Shown piece after piece: positions 21,696-32,334 of a stretch of 64,000 nucleotides of DNA. The DNA is from Naegleria gruberi. Its lineage: Eukaryota. Location of the stretch: assembly GCA_000004985.1 (NCBI GenBank), contig GG738871.1; one strand, written 5' to 3'. Each line of letters opens with the position of its first letter. Position 1 is the stretch's first letter. The notes beneath the pieces were generated by a model. The model did not search any database, was not told the DNA's origin, and saw nothing but the letters and a program-made list of their open reading frames with translations. The position numbers and the translations under genes are program-made.

Positions 21696-23372
21696 TCAGT
21701 GTAATGTATCAAGCTTTTTGAGAGAATGCTCTGATGTAACTTCTCGTTCTATTTGTGACATCTGCCGTCTTGCCTTTAGTGCCTTTTCTAAATTGAGAGA
21801 AACCTGTGGTCCCCTCATTTTAATAATCTTATTCCAGACACCACTTGGTACTTTACCTCCAATATCAATAAATGATATTGTTGTCATTTTGGTTTGTTTC
21901 TCATTCAATTGTTCAATGAAAATGGCGCCGAAAAAGTATCCTCTGATGCATCCTTTCTTTACAGGTGTACTGGGCTCGTAGGATTTTCTGAGAACTGAAT
22001 AATTTGTCATTTGATTGGTCACTTGATTTGGTTCTCTTCTGACACTGGTACAAGCATAGATTTCTCTATCATCGAGAGGCCACGGAGTCTTAACAACAGT
22101 GGATGAACAACTGATAGGGTAGGTCTTGATTTGATTTCCCAGGGAATCAAAAGTTGTACTCTCCTCAATAAATTCAATGAATTTTGTGTGAGTTACATTC
22201 GGTTCTGAGAATTTAGTTAATCTCGAATCAATGAATGCATAGAGAATTTCCTCTGGTAAATCATCCACAATGCAAACTTCCTTAACAATGCTCAATCCTC
22301 CTTTGGATTTACTCTTTAACTTGCCCTTGGATACGAGTTTTTCCTTACTGATATAACTGGTCACATTCTTTGAATCGTAAATTTCCTTCCAAATATCCAT
22401 CTCCGAAAGAGTTTTGAAAAGGTTATAGTATTGATCAGTGATAATCTTTGAATCCTTTTCCAATAACAAGTTGGTGAGAGCTTCCTTCATTTCCACCTTT
22501 TTATGTTTTGTAGACATGTCGGAAGCAGTTGATTCAGTATCTACTTCGGAATCTGACAGATTTCCTGACCTAGAAGAATTGGCAGGACTATTACTCGATT
22601 GCTGAGCATTGGATTGTCTTCTTTCTCCAAAATAGATCAAATTATTGTCCAAAGTTTTCATAAACTCTTGTACATAGTCTTGACTCAATTGATTTGATTT
22701 GTTTGTCATTGGAATGGTAATTTCTTTTGAAACTAGTGAAAAGAGACAACCTGTGAAGAAGCTACTCGACAAGAATCTTGAAAAGTTGTCATTTCTCAAT
22801 TCCATATGTACAATACGTCTACAATTATCAAAAAGGTCTATATCAATATCTGAATTTTCATCATACTTTTCAAATCTATTTATCACATCATTTCTAACAT
22901 TATCTGTAAGGTTAAGTTGGTCTGATGACATATCCTCGAGGAATCTCTTGATGATTCCTGAAGCCTTGTGATATCTACTTCCTTTTTCATTGACAAAATC
23001 ATCATAGGCAATAATAAAATCCAAACTACTCAAATTATGTTCAAATATCAAGAATTGTCTAAAGGCAGGCAAAATTGCCAACTCGTCCGTTAAACAAGCT
23101 TCAAAATTAATAGTATATTGTATGACAACATCTTCTATCAATCTCATCAATAAACTCTCCACTGTTTGATTAGCATTTGTTGGTGTATTCAGAATGGTAT
23201 GAACATGATTATTATAGAGTGCCGTTTGCATTAGTGGAGAAGATGAAGAGGGTGAAATAGGAGAAGCGAGAGGAGAGGTTGAGTATTTCTTTCGAGAAGG
23301 TGATAGTGGAGAGGTTGGAGAAGTTGGTGTGGAAAGGGTGAGCGAGCTTGTACTCAGGGATTGTTGTTTCAT
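21696..23372 (-). CDS. RGS-domain protein with C-terminal START-like lipid-binding region
   Basis: RGS-like helices (AFRQFLIFEHNLSSLDFIIAYDDF ... FDNCRRIVHMELRNDNFSRFLSS); C-terminus ..TTISFIDIGGKVPSGVWNKIIKMRG.. resembles START domain C-terminal strand/helix. Confidence 0.45.
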   Translation of the reverse strand: MKQQSLSTSSLTLSTPTSPTSPLSPSRKKYSTSPLASPISPSSSSPLMQTALYNNHVHTILNTPTNANQTVESLLMRLIEDVVIQYTINFEACLTDELAILPAFRQFLIFEHNLSSLDFIIAYDDFVNEKGSRYHKASGIIKRFLEDMSSDQLNLTDNVRNDVINRFEKYDENSDIDIDLFDNCRRIVHMELRNDNFSRFLSSSFFTGCLFSLVSKEITIPMTNKSNQLSQDYVQEFMKTLDNNLIYFGERRQSNAQQSSNSPANSSRSGNLSDSEVDTESTASDMSTKHKKVEMKEALTNLLLEKDSKIITDQYYNLFKTLSEMDIWKEIYDSKNVTSYISKEKLVSKGKLKSKSKGGLSIVKEVCIVDDLPEEILYAFIDSRLTKFSEPNVTHTKFIEFIEESTTFDSLGNQIKTYPISCSSTVVKTPWPLDDREIYACTSVRREPNQVTNQMTNYSVLRKSYEPSTPVKKGCIRGYFFGAIFIEQLNEKQTKMTTISFIDIGGKVPSGVWNKIIKMRGPQVSLNLEKALKARRQMSQIEREVTSEHSLKKLDTLH

Positions 23373-24623
23373 TTTGTTTCTCTAGTTTCTAGTGAGGGAA
23401 TGACGACAATAGACAACTCCAAAATAGTGTTGATGATACCTGTATTGTCAATTAGAACAATTGTGCAATGATAACAAGGTGAAACTTGTTTTCTTTAAAT
23501 ATTTAAAATATTGAATATTATTAAACACTTCTCTGATGAAGGTTTCGAATAATAACTGTCAATTGATGATGATGGTGTTAAAAAAACAACAACAACTGAT
23601 GGTGGGTGGGTTAACAGTATATAATTGAATGTTTTTTGTACGAAGATAATTATGCCTGTTGGGATTGCGTTGTTGTTTTTGCAGATTTGAAACTGCTGAT
23701 GTTTGAGACTATTTTGGTATTCGTACGCTGTGTTTGTCTCTGATTTTGTATATGGCATGTTATGACATGTATTGATAATTGGGCAATGAAGTAAATTTCA
23801 TAAGGATTACCGAATGTTGTGTTAATAGAAAGTGAATCTAAGGCAAGGACAATAGAATCCATTGAATTGAATCCGACCCACTTCAAAATATTAACAATTT
23901 TATGAGCCATTTACTGTTCTTGTTTAAACATAATTTCTCTTCTCTAAAGATTCCTAATAAAATTAACTTCCCGATTATTCCTCATCATCAACCCATTTTC
24001 TTCAATATTGTTTTTTATCATCAACATTAAAAAATCCGCGCCATTATTACTACTCTTAATTTTTCATTTTGAAATTTTTTTAAGGTTTGACAATTTGAGT
24101 GAGGGATGAAACAAGTTGATCCTTATTACTTGTTTGAATCCAATGATAGATAGATTTTAGAAAAATCTAATGGTTGATTTGTTGAAATGTTCAACATATG
24201 CAAATGTTCTTTACTTGGGATGACATTTAACCTGAAACAATACTTTTTCTCATTTATTTCATCTACCAAAAATGATTATTAGCATTAAAAAGACCTTTTC
24301 CAATGCATACAGCAAACAACAAAATTGATTCTCTATTATTACATTACAACAGCAGCACATTTCATATTAATCTCAATACCTCATATTTGCTATGAACATT
24401 CCTGGTCAGCAACTACAGTTGTACTGCTTGCTGCCTTACAGCAGTGACTCAAGTCACATCAACCATCATCACAAAAAAAATAACTGAAACTTTGGACCAA
24501 CCTCTCATCATCTCCAGGTCCATCACAACAACAAGAACATCAGTTTTTTTAGATTCGCGAAAGAGTTTTGACTTCTTACTGTGAGGTTTTTATAATTTAA
24601 TAGCGGAAGAAGATTTTTGGAAG

Positions 24624-27239
24624 ATGAGATCCTACAAAATTAGCGTTTTGTTGGGATTACTTTTATTATTATGCTTTGGTTTTTGTATGATTAACGGAGA
24701 GGCTTCCGTTGATTCAGTCGAAGCTTTGGAAGGTAATTTATTGGTAACTGATGATGATATTGCCTCCTCGAGAAGTGATGGTGCTGTAAATTTATATGCT
24801 CACCTTGATAGTGCTATTCTTGGAAAGGGTTTGCCAGCTCTGCAAAAGAAGTATAAGAAATCCATCAAGAAAAACAAGAAAAAGACCAAATCCTATGCTC
24901 CAGCCAATAAGAAATTCTTCAAGAAGACTAAATCCTCTTCAGTCACCAAGAAAAAGAAGACCAAGTCCTCTCCTTCATCAAAGAAGAAAAAGATCAAGTA
25001 CTCTAAGAAGAATAAGACAACCAAGACTTCTTCTCCACCACAAGCAACAACAACAACTTCAACAACCACAACAACTAAAAAACTCACCTCCCTTCCACCT
25101 AAAGTTGCCGCAGTTGCCAAGCTCTCTCCTCGTCGTTGGAACATTTTAAAGAACATTTTTAGTATTTCAATGCTTGGTGGTCCAGCTTTCCATCCATTCA
25201 AGAATGAAATGATCTTTGTTTCATCTGCTTCTGGAGTTTATCAATTGTACAAGGTTGGTATCAATAGAAAGAAGGGAAAGATTACTGGTAAGCCAATTCG
25301 TCTCGTTCATACCAAGTCTAGATGTTCTGCTCCAAGATATCTCCACGATGGTTCAATTCTCTATTATCATGATCGTGGTGGTAATGAAAACTTCCAAATT
25401 GGTCTCATTACACCAAAGGGAAAGCACATTTGGTTGACCGAAGACTTGAAGGCCAAACATTTGATCAATCGTGTTACAAAGAACTATCTCTACTATCAAT
25501 CCAATTCTCGTAACAAGAAATTCTTTGATTTGTACAGAAGACCAATGCCACTCGTTAATAAGGATGGCTCTCTCATCAAGGCTGAACGTCTCTACACTCC
25601 TGAAGTTGGTATTCCACGTGTTACATTGGTATCCTCTGATGAAACTCAACTTGTCATTGAACAAAAGTATAGCAACATTCACAATGAATTATTCTTGAAG
25701 GATTTGGTTGACGGTACATTGACTCCACTCACAAAATCACTTGTTCCCGGTATGGCAAAGGTTAGATGGTCTCCTCTTCGTTTCTTGAATCGTGGTCACA
25801 CTAAAATGTTAATTTCTACTGATTACAAGTCTGATTTCAAGAGATTGGCTATTTTAGATTTTGAAGGAGATATCAAATCCAATCCAGCCAAATTTATTGC
25901 TTTGAAGGAAATGGAAACTCTCAAACATGATATTGTTGGTGTTATGGGTAATTCTCGTACCAAGTGGACTTATATTGAATTGAATCAAGATGGTTACAGC
26001 AAGTTGTATAAGGCCAAACTTGGTCCACAGGGATTCAAGACACCTCTTATTCCAGTTCCATTACCATTAGAAAATGGTGTAATTGTTCACGGTGATGCTC
26101 GTTCATTTGGTCACAGTTCTTCCATTACTCATGATGGTAATTTGATGGCTATTACCATGACCGATTCTGTTCGTCCAGTTAACATTTTCATGCTCGATCT
26201 CGATCCATACAATGTCAGATTCAATAAGAAGGCAAAGGAAGTTAAGAAATTGCAAGAGCAACAAAAGGAAAAGAAGGAAAATGATCCAACCACTTCAACT
26301 CTTGTCACCAAAGAAAAGTTCAAACATATTGCCATGTATTGGACTCTCCTCAATGATCGTCTTCCAGGTGCTCTCAAGGATTATGAAAACAAATTCTCCA
26401 CTGAAAAATTGATTAGTGTAAGCAGCTTTGATGGTTTGATGATTCCATTCTTTGTATATTCCCCAGTTGGTGATGAACCAGAAGGTGGATGGCCAGCAAT
26501 TATCAAACTTCACGGCGGTCCTGAAAGTCAAAGCAGACCAGTCTTTAGTCCATTGATTCAATTCTTGACACTCTCTGGATATGCTGTTGTTGTTCCAAAT
26601 GTTAGAGGTTCAAAGGGATATGGCAGAAAGTATTTGGATGCTGACAATGTTGAAAAGAGAATGCACGCTGTTAAGGATGTTGCTGCTATTGCTACATTCT
26701 TGCAAAGATATAAGGGTATTAACGGAAACAAGTTATTCTTGGGTGGTGGTTCTTATGGTGGTTATCTCACTAACTTGTGTATGACTCAAATTCCACAATA
26801 TTTTAAGGGTGGTATTTCTATTGTTGGTATGACTAACTTACTCACCTTCTACAAGAATACTGCTGAATTCAGAAGAAGGCAAAGATATGAAGAATATGGT
26901 AACTACCACACTCAAAAGGACTTCCTCAAGAGCATCTCACCAGTTACTTATATTGACAATGTTGTTGCACCAATGTTCATCATTCAAGGTAAGAATGACG
27001 AAAGAGTTCCTGCTGAAGAAGCTGAAAATTGGTATAACAAGCTCTTGCAAGAATCTAAGAAACCAGGCAAGTCACAACTCAAACACAGCAAGCTAGAGCT
27101 CTTTGCTGATGAAGGACACGGTTTCTCCAATAGAAACAATAGACTCAAGGCTTATCATGACTTGGTTGACTGGTTGAATTTAATCTTGAACGAACAACCT
27201 GAAGCTCCAAAACCAGCCGCTTCCACTGTTAGTAAATAA
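24624..27239 (+). CDS. secreted S9-family serine peptidase (prolyl oligopeptidase / dipeptidyl-peptidase family) with Lys-rich linker
   Basis: Signal peptide; K-rich low-complexity tract; beta-propeller region; catalytic motif LFLGGGSYGGYLT (GxSxGG), Asp in GKNDERVP, His in DEGHGF. Confidence 0.8.
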   Translation: MRSYKISVLLGLLLLLCFGFCMINGEASVDSVEALEGNLLVTDDDIASSRSDGAVNLYAHLDSAILGKGLPALQKKYKKSIKKNKKKTKSYAPANKKFFKKTKSSSVTKKKKTKSSPSSKKKKIKYSKKNKTTKTSSPPQATTTTSTTTTTKKLTSLPPKVAAVAKLSPRRWNILKNIFSISMLGGPAFHPFKNEMIFVSSASGVYQLYKVGINRKKGKITGKPIRLVHTKSRCSAPRYLHDGSILYYHDRGGNENFQIGLITPKGKHIWLTEDLKAKHLINRVTKNYLYYQSNSRNKKFFDLYRRPMPLVNKDGSLIKAERLYTPEVGIPRVTLVSSDETQLVIEQKYSNIHNELFLKDLVDGTLTPLTKSLVPGMAKVRWSPLRFLNRGHTKMLISTDYKSDFKRLAILDFEGDIKSNPAKFIALKEMETLKHDIVGVMGNSRTKWTYIELNQDGYSKLYKAKLGPQGFKTPLIPVPLPLENGVIVHGDARSFGHSSSITHDGNLMAITMTDSVRPVNIFMLDLDPYNVRFNKKAKEVKKLQEQQKEKKENDPTTSTLVTKEKFKHIAMYWTLLNDRLPGALKDYENKFSTEKLISVSSFDGLMIPFFVYSPVGDEPEGGWPAIIKLHGGPESQSRPVFSPLIQFLTLSGYAVVVPNVRGSKGYGRKYLDADNVEKRMHAVKDVAAIATFLQRYKGINGNKLFLGGGSYGGYLTNLCMTQIPQYFKGGISIVGMTNLLTFYKNTAEFRRRQRYEEYGNYHTQKDFLKSISPVTYIDNVVAPMFIIQGKNDERVPAEEAENWYNKLLQESKKPGKSQLKHSKLELFADEGHGFSNRNNRLKAYHDLVDWLNLILNEQPEAPKPAASTVSK

Positions 27240-27325
27240 ACATTCGTGTGAATTAGCTCTACAATTTCTTCAACATTACTTTGCATTGAAATGTTCTATT
27301 CCAAGAATTAGATTTAAAGAAAAAA

Positions 27326-28462
27326 ATGCCTCAATCAACCTTACAAAATAATTCACCCGATAGACTTTCAAGGCCAGGCGGTTTTACTGATGAATTAAGA
27401 GGATGTCCACTCCCTCTATATCATGACCATCCTGGCTATGTTTCTGAAATGCTATTTGTCAGTGAGGAAGATTTGAAGCTATTATCTTGTACGGATATTC
27501 CAAATCCTTTTCAGTTAACATTCACTCCCAGAATTTATTGTTATTATGACTTGGTAAAACAAATGAGAAGAAAGCTAAACCCAGTTGTTGATATTCATTC
27601 TATATTCAACAATAGTAATGGGGAAAAGGAACACATGTTGGGATCAGGATTTATTGTTTCACCCCCATCTTCAAAAGAAGTCTACATTTTTACATGTTTC
27701 CACAATGTGAGTGGGTTCAGAAAGAATGGAATTTGGTACAATAACGAGTCAGTTTATGTATTATTGGATCCAGATAGGAGTCAGAGACCTAACTTTACAG
27801 TAGAGCATTATTGTAAGTGTGAAATTGTTGAAACTGGATCTGTTTTAGAAAATGAATTGTTAACAGATCATCCTCAAGAAGATTGGGCCCTACTCAAAAC
27901 ATCAACAGAGTTATTACTTGAAGAAGATCCAAATTTCTTTTTTATTCCATCCCCATCCAATGTTTCTGAATTACAATCAAAAGAAGAGAAAACATATAGC
28001 GTGTGCCTTCAATCCATTCCAAGTAGAGTTCAAGAATTAGATATGAACACACATCCTTGTAATGTGAATATCAATATGGAGACAATTTGTCAATATATAG
28101 AATTTGATGTGAAAAGTGCAAGCTTTGGCAGAGGGAGAGGAGGAGATGAAGGTGTGTCTTTTTATGATTCCGTATCTTTCAAAGGTAGCTCAGGAGGGGC
28201 TGTTACGACGTGTAATCAACATTATGAAGATTGGTCATTGTTTAAAGAAAAAATCGAGTTATCGAATAGAGTTGTTGGAATTCATATTGGTGCTGAGAAT
28301 TTTGGAAAAGTCGATTGTTCAAACCATGTGAATAGATGTTGCAGTGTAAAAAATTGGTTCCAGTGCTATCTTTCGAAAGTGTACGACCCTCTGAGAGAAC
28401 ATTTCTCTCAAGCATTCCAAGAGTTGGTTGAGTCAGAAAGATACTTTTTTAATAAGAATTAG
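27326..28462 (+). CDS. intracellular trypsin-fold (S1-like) serine protease domain protein
   Basis: No signal peptide; His in ..GSGFIVS...IFTCFHNV, Asp in EDWALLK, Ser in FKGSSGGAV (GDSGG-like). Confidence 0.5.
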   Translation: MPQSTLQNNSPDRLSRPGGFTDELRGCPLPLYHDHPGYVSEMLFVSEEDLKLLSCTDIPNPFQLTFTPRIYCYYDLVKQMRRKLNPVVDIHSIFNNSNGEKEHMLGSGFIVSPPSSKEVYIFTCFHNVSGFRKNGIWYNNESVYVLLDPDRSQRPNFTVEHYCKCEIVETGSVLENELLTDHPQEDWALLKTSTELLLEEDPNFFFIPSPSNVSELQSKEEKTYSVCLQSIPSRVQELDMNTHPCNVNINMETICQYIEFDVKSASFGRGRGGDEGVSFYDSVSFKGSSGGAVTTCNQHYEDWSLFKEKIELSNRVVGIHIGAENFGKVDCSNHVNRCCSVKNWFQCYLSKVYDPLREHFSQAFQELVESERYFFNKN

Positions 28463-28873
28463 CAAGTAAGCACAATAAAAAAGATATTTTAAAGACAATT
28501 GATTATTAAAGCTCAGGGGCTGAATCACCTTAATGGTGAAACACTCTGGCAACTGCTTTGAAGAATGTATCTTATTGTTTCTTTGTTGGGGTTTCATTCT
28601 TGTTCATTCTATTTGATTCGAATAATGTTGAGCAAATTTACTATCAGAAACAGGTCTATTCCTCAAATGCCCCCAACATTTTGTTAATACGTAAATTGAG
28701 TGAGGTTTAGTTTCGAAACATTAATCATATTTTAAATTGATTTCTCGGATAATGACTTGAGGATTGATGGATAGTTTTATTGGATTCCTCAATCGTTTTC
28801 GAATCCAATGATATGAAAATTAATGTAGTAATTAATTAAATATTTAAATCTGATAATTCAATAAAAATAAAAA

Positions 28874-29524
28874 ATGTCTTTACACACTCCACGCAGAAGC
28901 CAACGCAATATAAATAAACCAAAGATACGTTATAGTAGAAATTTTTTAGTTGATGAAGATAGCGATGAAAATGATGAACCACCTACAAGATGTAAAAAGG
29001 TCAAACCAAGCAATGACGATCATCATGAAACAGTTTCAAACAATTCCGAAATGTTGAGTACAACACACCACGATAGTAATAACAATAGTAGGGAGGCATC
29101 TACAACAGAATCCATAAATCTAGATCAAGATACCAACACTGACCACGAATTATTTGAGCCATTGGAACAACAATTAACAAAACCTGTTATTATGGAAAAT
29201 GAAATGATGGAAACAACCATAACCTCGGAACAACAAAAACAAATGACAAGTGGAATCACAATCAGAAAACCTTCTGTTATGGAAAATCTGTTGGATAAAC
29301 CTATTAATTATCGTTTGGAAATTATTTCACAATTACTAAGCTCTCTTCAAAATGATTATGAACAAGCTGAACAAAATGCTGTATCCATGTCAGATGTAAT
29401 TAAAAGAGCCACATTTACAATTGAAGAATTGGATAAACTTGATAAGGAAAAATTAAATCAATTAAGAAAAGTGTTGCAAAACTCTGCCAATATTGCCACT
29501 GAAATATTGTTAGAAAGAAAATGA
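28874..29524 (+). CDS. hypothetical acidic protein (216 aa), predicted coiled-coil C-terminus
   Basis: Complete ORF; composition only. Confidence 0.3.
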   Translation: MSLHTPRRSQRNINKPKIRYSRNFLVDEDSDENDEPPTRCKKVKPSNDDHHETVSNNSEMLSTTHHDSNNNSREASTTESINLDQDTNTDHELFEPLEQQLTKPVIMENEMMETTITSEQQKQMTSGITIRKPSVMENLLDKPINYRLEIISQLLSSLQNDYEQAEQNAVSMSDVIKRATFTIEELDKLDKEKLNQLRKVLQNSANIATEILLERK

Positions 29525-30054
29525 TCATATTACATCATTGGAAGTGAATTGATTAACAGGAATTCTGAAACACAAGAACAGCTGTACAAAGTAGCACTCA
29601 ATGCAAACTTTAATAATTTATGGTCTTTCAGATAGCAATTGATTAATATTGGGAATAATTAATGAGTAGACAGTGACTGATTCCAAATGGTTTTGAATGA
29701 GAATTCTTTTGATAGCGGCCATGAATTCTTTGAATATCTTTTGTCTTCTTTTCAAGTCTCATTAGCAAATAGCCATAGGCAAAATCACTCAATTTTCTCT
29801 ACTTGCTATCACTACCACCAGCAATAAATAAGGTGATAGTAATATTTGAATTCATATTAATTACTCTTTTAAGGTGGTTCTAGAAAATCACTCATTTCCA
29901 ACAGTGCACTACACCAGAGCATATTCCTTATCCGATCACTATTGAATATCAATTATATGATTTTAAATTGCTGATTCGGAGCTGAGAAATTAGAAATCAA
30001 AAAGCATTCAAAATCGAAAAAATCCTAATTTTAAATTCCTTCTTACTCAAAAAA

Positions 30055-32165
30055 ATGCCTCAAAAACAACATCAAGGCGCCAACTACAACAACAACAATA
30101 CAATAATGAGGAGTTGTTTGTCGAATCGGAGAGGAATTGTTTTACTTGCTTTTTTAGTGATGGTGTTCATGATGAGTACATCAGCAACAGTAGCAGCCAT
30201 TCCTTCATCACCATCGGCAGCATCGGATGTTCTTCTTTATACAACACTGGAGGCTGAGTCACCAAATAATACAAATCCTAACGATCACAATACAATAGAT
30301 CCATCATATAATTATCCTATTTGGATTCCTTGGGCTATTTGTGGAGTATTATTCTTTGTTATTTTCATCATTACTTCAATTGCTGTTTGTTTATTTCAAG
30401 ATAGGAGAGAAAAGAGTTTTATTGCTTTGGTTACTTCAATTGTGGGAATTTCTCTGGTTGTATTTTCAATCTTTGTTGTTCCTGTTGATATCTTTAATGT
30501 TTCTCAAACTTTTGATCCAAAGGAAAATTCCCTCGTCATTAAGATTCTCTATTATAGTATTTATTTAATATTATTGATTTTTGGCTCTGTCATTATTCCA
30601 TTTGCTTATTTCTGGTATGAAGAAGATCCAAAATTAGGAGAGAATGAAGATGATGATGACAAGTATTCTCTATCTTCAAAGAAACAACAACCATCAAGAG
30701 CAAGTGGATTGGGATGGAGATTGTTTCACACTATCAAATTTACACTCTTTACATTCATTGCAGGTATTTTGATTATCATTATGGGTCTTGTCATGTCTGC
30801 TATTAGTGGAACTGTTGCTGATAAGAATAGTGTTACTGATTGGTTGAAACAATTGGTAGATGTCGAACATTTTGGAGATAGAGCTATTAGATTCATTGTT
30901 GGTTGTTTGGCTGTTGTGGGTTGTTTTGGATTCAATATTTATACAGCCTATGGTCTCTCTGCTTTACCAATTGGATTAATGAAGAGAAAATATCTCACCT
31001 ACAAGGATGAAAATGTTGTGGATAGAAGGGCTGATGAAGTTGATGAAGAAATTGACCTCCTTCAAAAGAAATATAGAATGAAGGGAACTTCCATGAATAG
31101 AGAAGATCAAAAGAAGTATGACAGACTCAGACAAGAAAAGACAGAACTCGAAAATACCTCAATTAGAATTGAAAGATCCAAGAAGAGTATCATTGCCAAG
31201 TTGGAACCATGCATGTATCCATTTAAATTATTGATTGGATTTGGTATTTTGGTGGTATGTATTAATTTTTATTGAATGTTTTTTTAATGATTTATTGAAT
31301 TAATTGTTTTATATTGTAATCAAAACAGGTAATCATTTTCCTTCTAATTTCTCTACTCATCAACTTGATTTATAGAACTGTTACCAGCAAGTGTGGTATT
31401 GCTTGTGGATTTGTCACTGAAGAAAATTGTTATTTCAATCCTTTGGATTTATTGCTCACCTACAGTTCCATTATTTTCCCAATTGACTATATTATTTTAG
31501 CTTTAATTATTTGCTTATTTATTTGGGCAAGTATGGTTTCACTTTCAACTATTGGATTGAGATTCTTGTGTGTTAAATTATACAAGTTAAAGGTCAGATC
31601 AACTGTTCCACAAGGTTTATTAACTTCTGGAATTTTCCTCATGTTTATCATGTTGGCAACCTCCTTCATGTTACCAAGTTTTGCTCCAGTCTATACTACC
31701 TTTGGTTCACAAAAATATCAAGATTCAACTGGAGCTTGGAAGCAATGTGCATTGGCTGCCTTCAACTTTACAGAACATAGTAATAATTCTCACTCCTTAT
31801 TTAATCATCCTGAAATTCCATCTCTATTTGGCGATTTGGATGGAAATTACACTAACGGAAATAACACTAACACCACAAGACCTTGTTACATGACAGAACT
31901 ATCTCAGAATGTTAACAGCGTGACAATTGGTGTTCCTGTTTTCAGTATTATTTTCTACTTTGAAAATTGGTTATTTGTACTGTGCTTTATTATTGGGTTC
32001 ATTGTTTCAATTTTCAAAAAGCCGGCATCATTTGAAGAAGCAGATACTTATGATCATGATGAGGAAATTATGAAACGACCACTCAGGGGAAGGTCCTACA
32101 AAGAGTATGCCACATCTTCAACACGATCAAGTATGTCTTTAAACTCTTACAATGCCATCAACTAA
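30055..32165 (+). CDS. LMBR1-like multi-pass membrane protein, 2 exons (30055..31254, 31329..32165)
   Basis: Multiple TM helices, PFAYFWYEEDP motif after a TM, central coiled-coil loop (KYLTYKDENVV...LLQKKYRMKG), more TMs after 74-nt intron GTATGT..AACAG 31255..31328 that joins the two ORFs in frame. Confidence 0.5.
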
Positions 32166-32334
32166 CAAAATAATTTATTAAAAAAGATTCTTCTACAACT
32201 TTGGCTTAATACTATTTAATCTTCTAACTCGACTTATAACTCGATTTGATTACCTTACTAACTGATATTAAAATTTATTTATGCTTCCCCGTTGCAGCCT
32301 TAGTGTTTTTTTTTAAAAGTAATACCTTGTTTAT

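Noticed and set aside
24796-25201. Overlapping 117-aa (+) and 102-aa (-) ORFs inside the S9 peptidase gene
   Set aside because: These are alternative-frame and antisense readings of the AAG/AAA-rich Lys-linker region. The in-frame S9 reading is continuous and carries the catalytic motifs.
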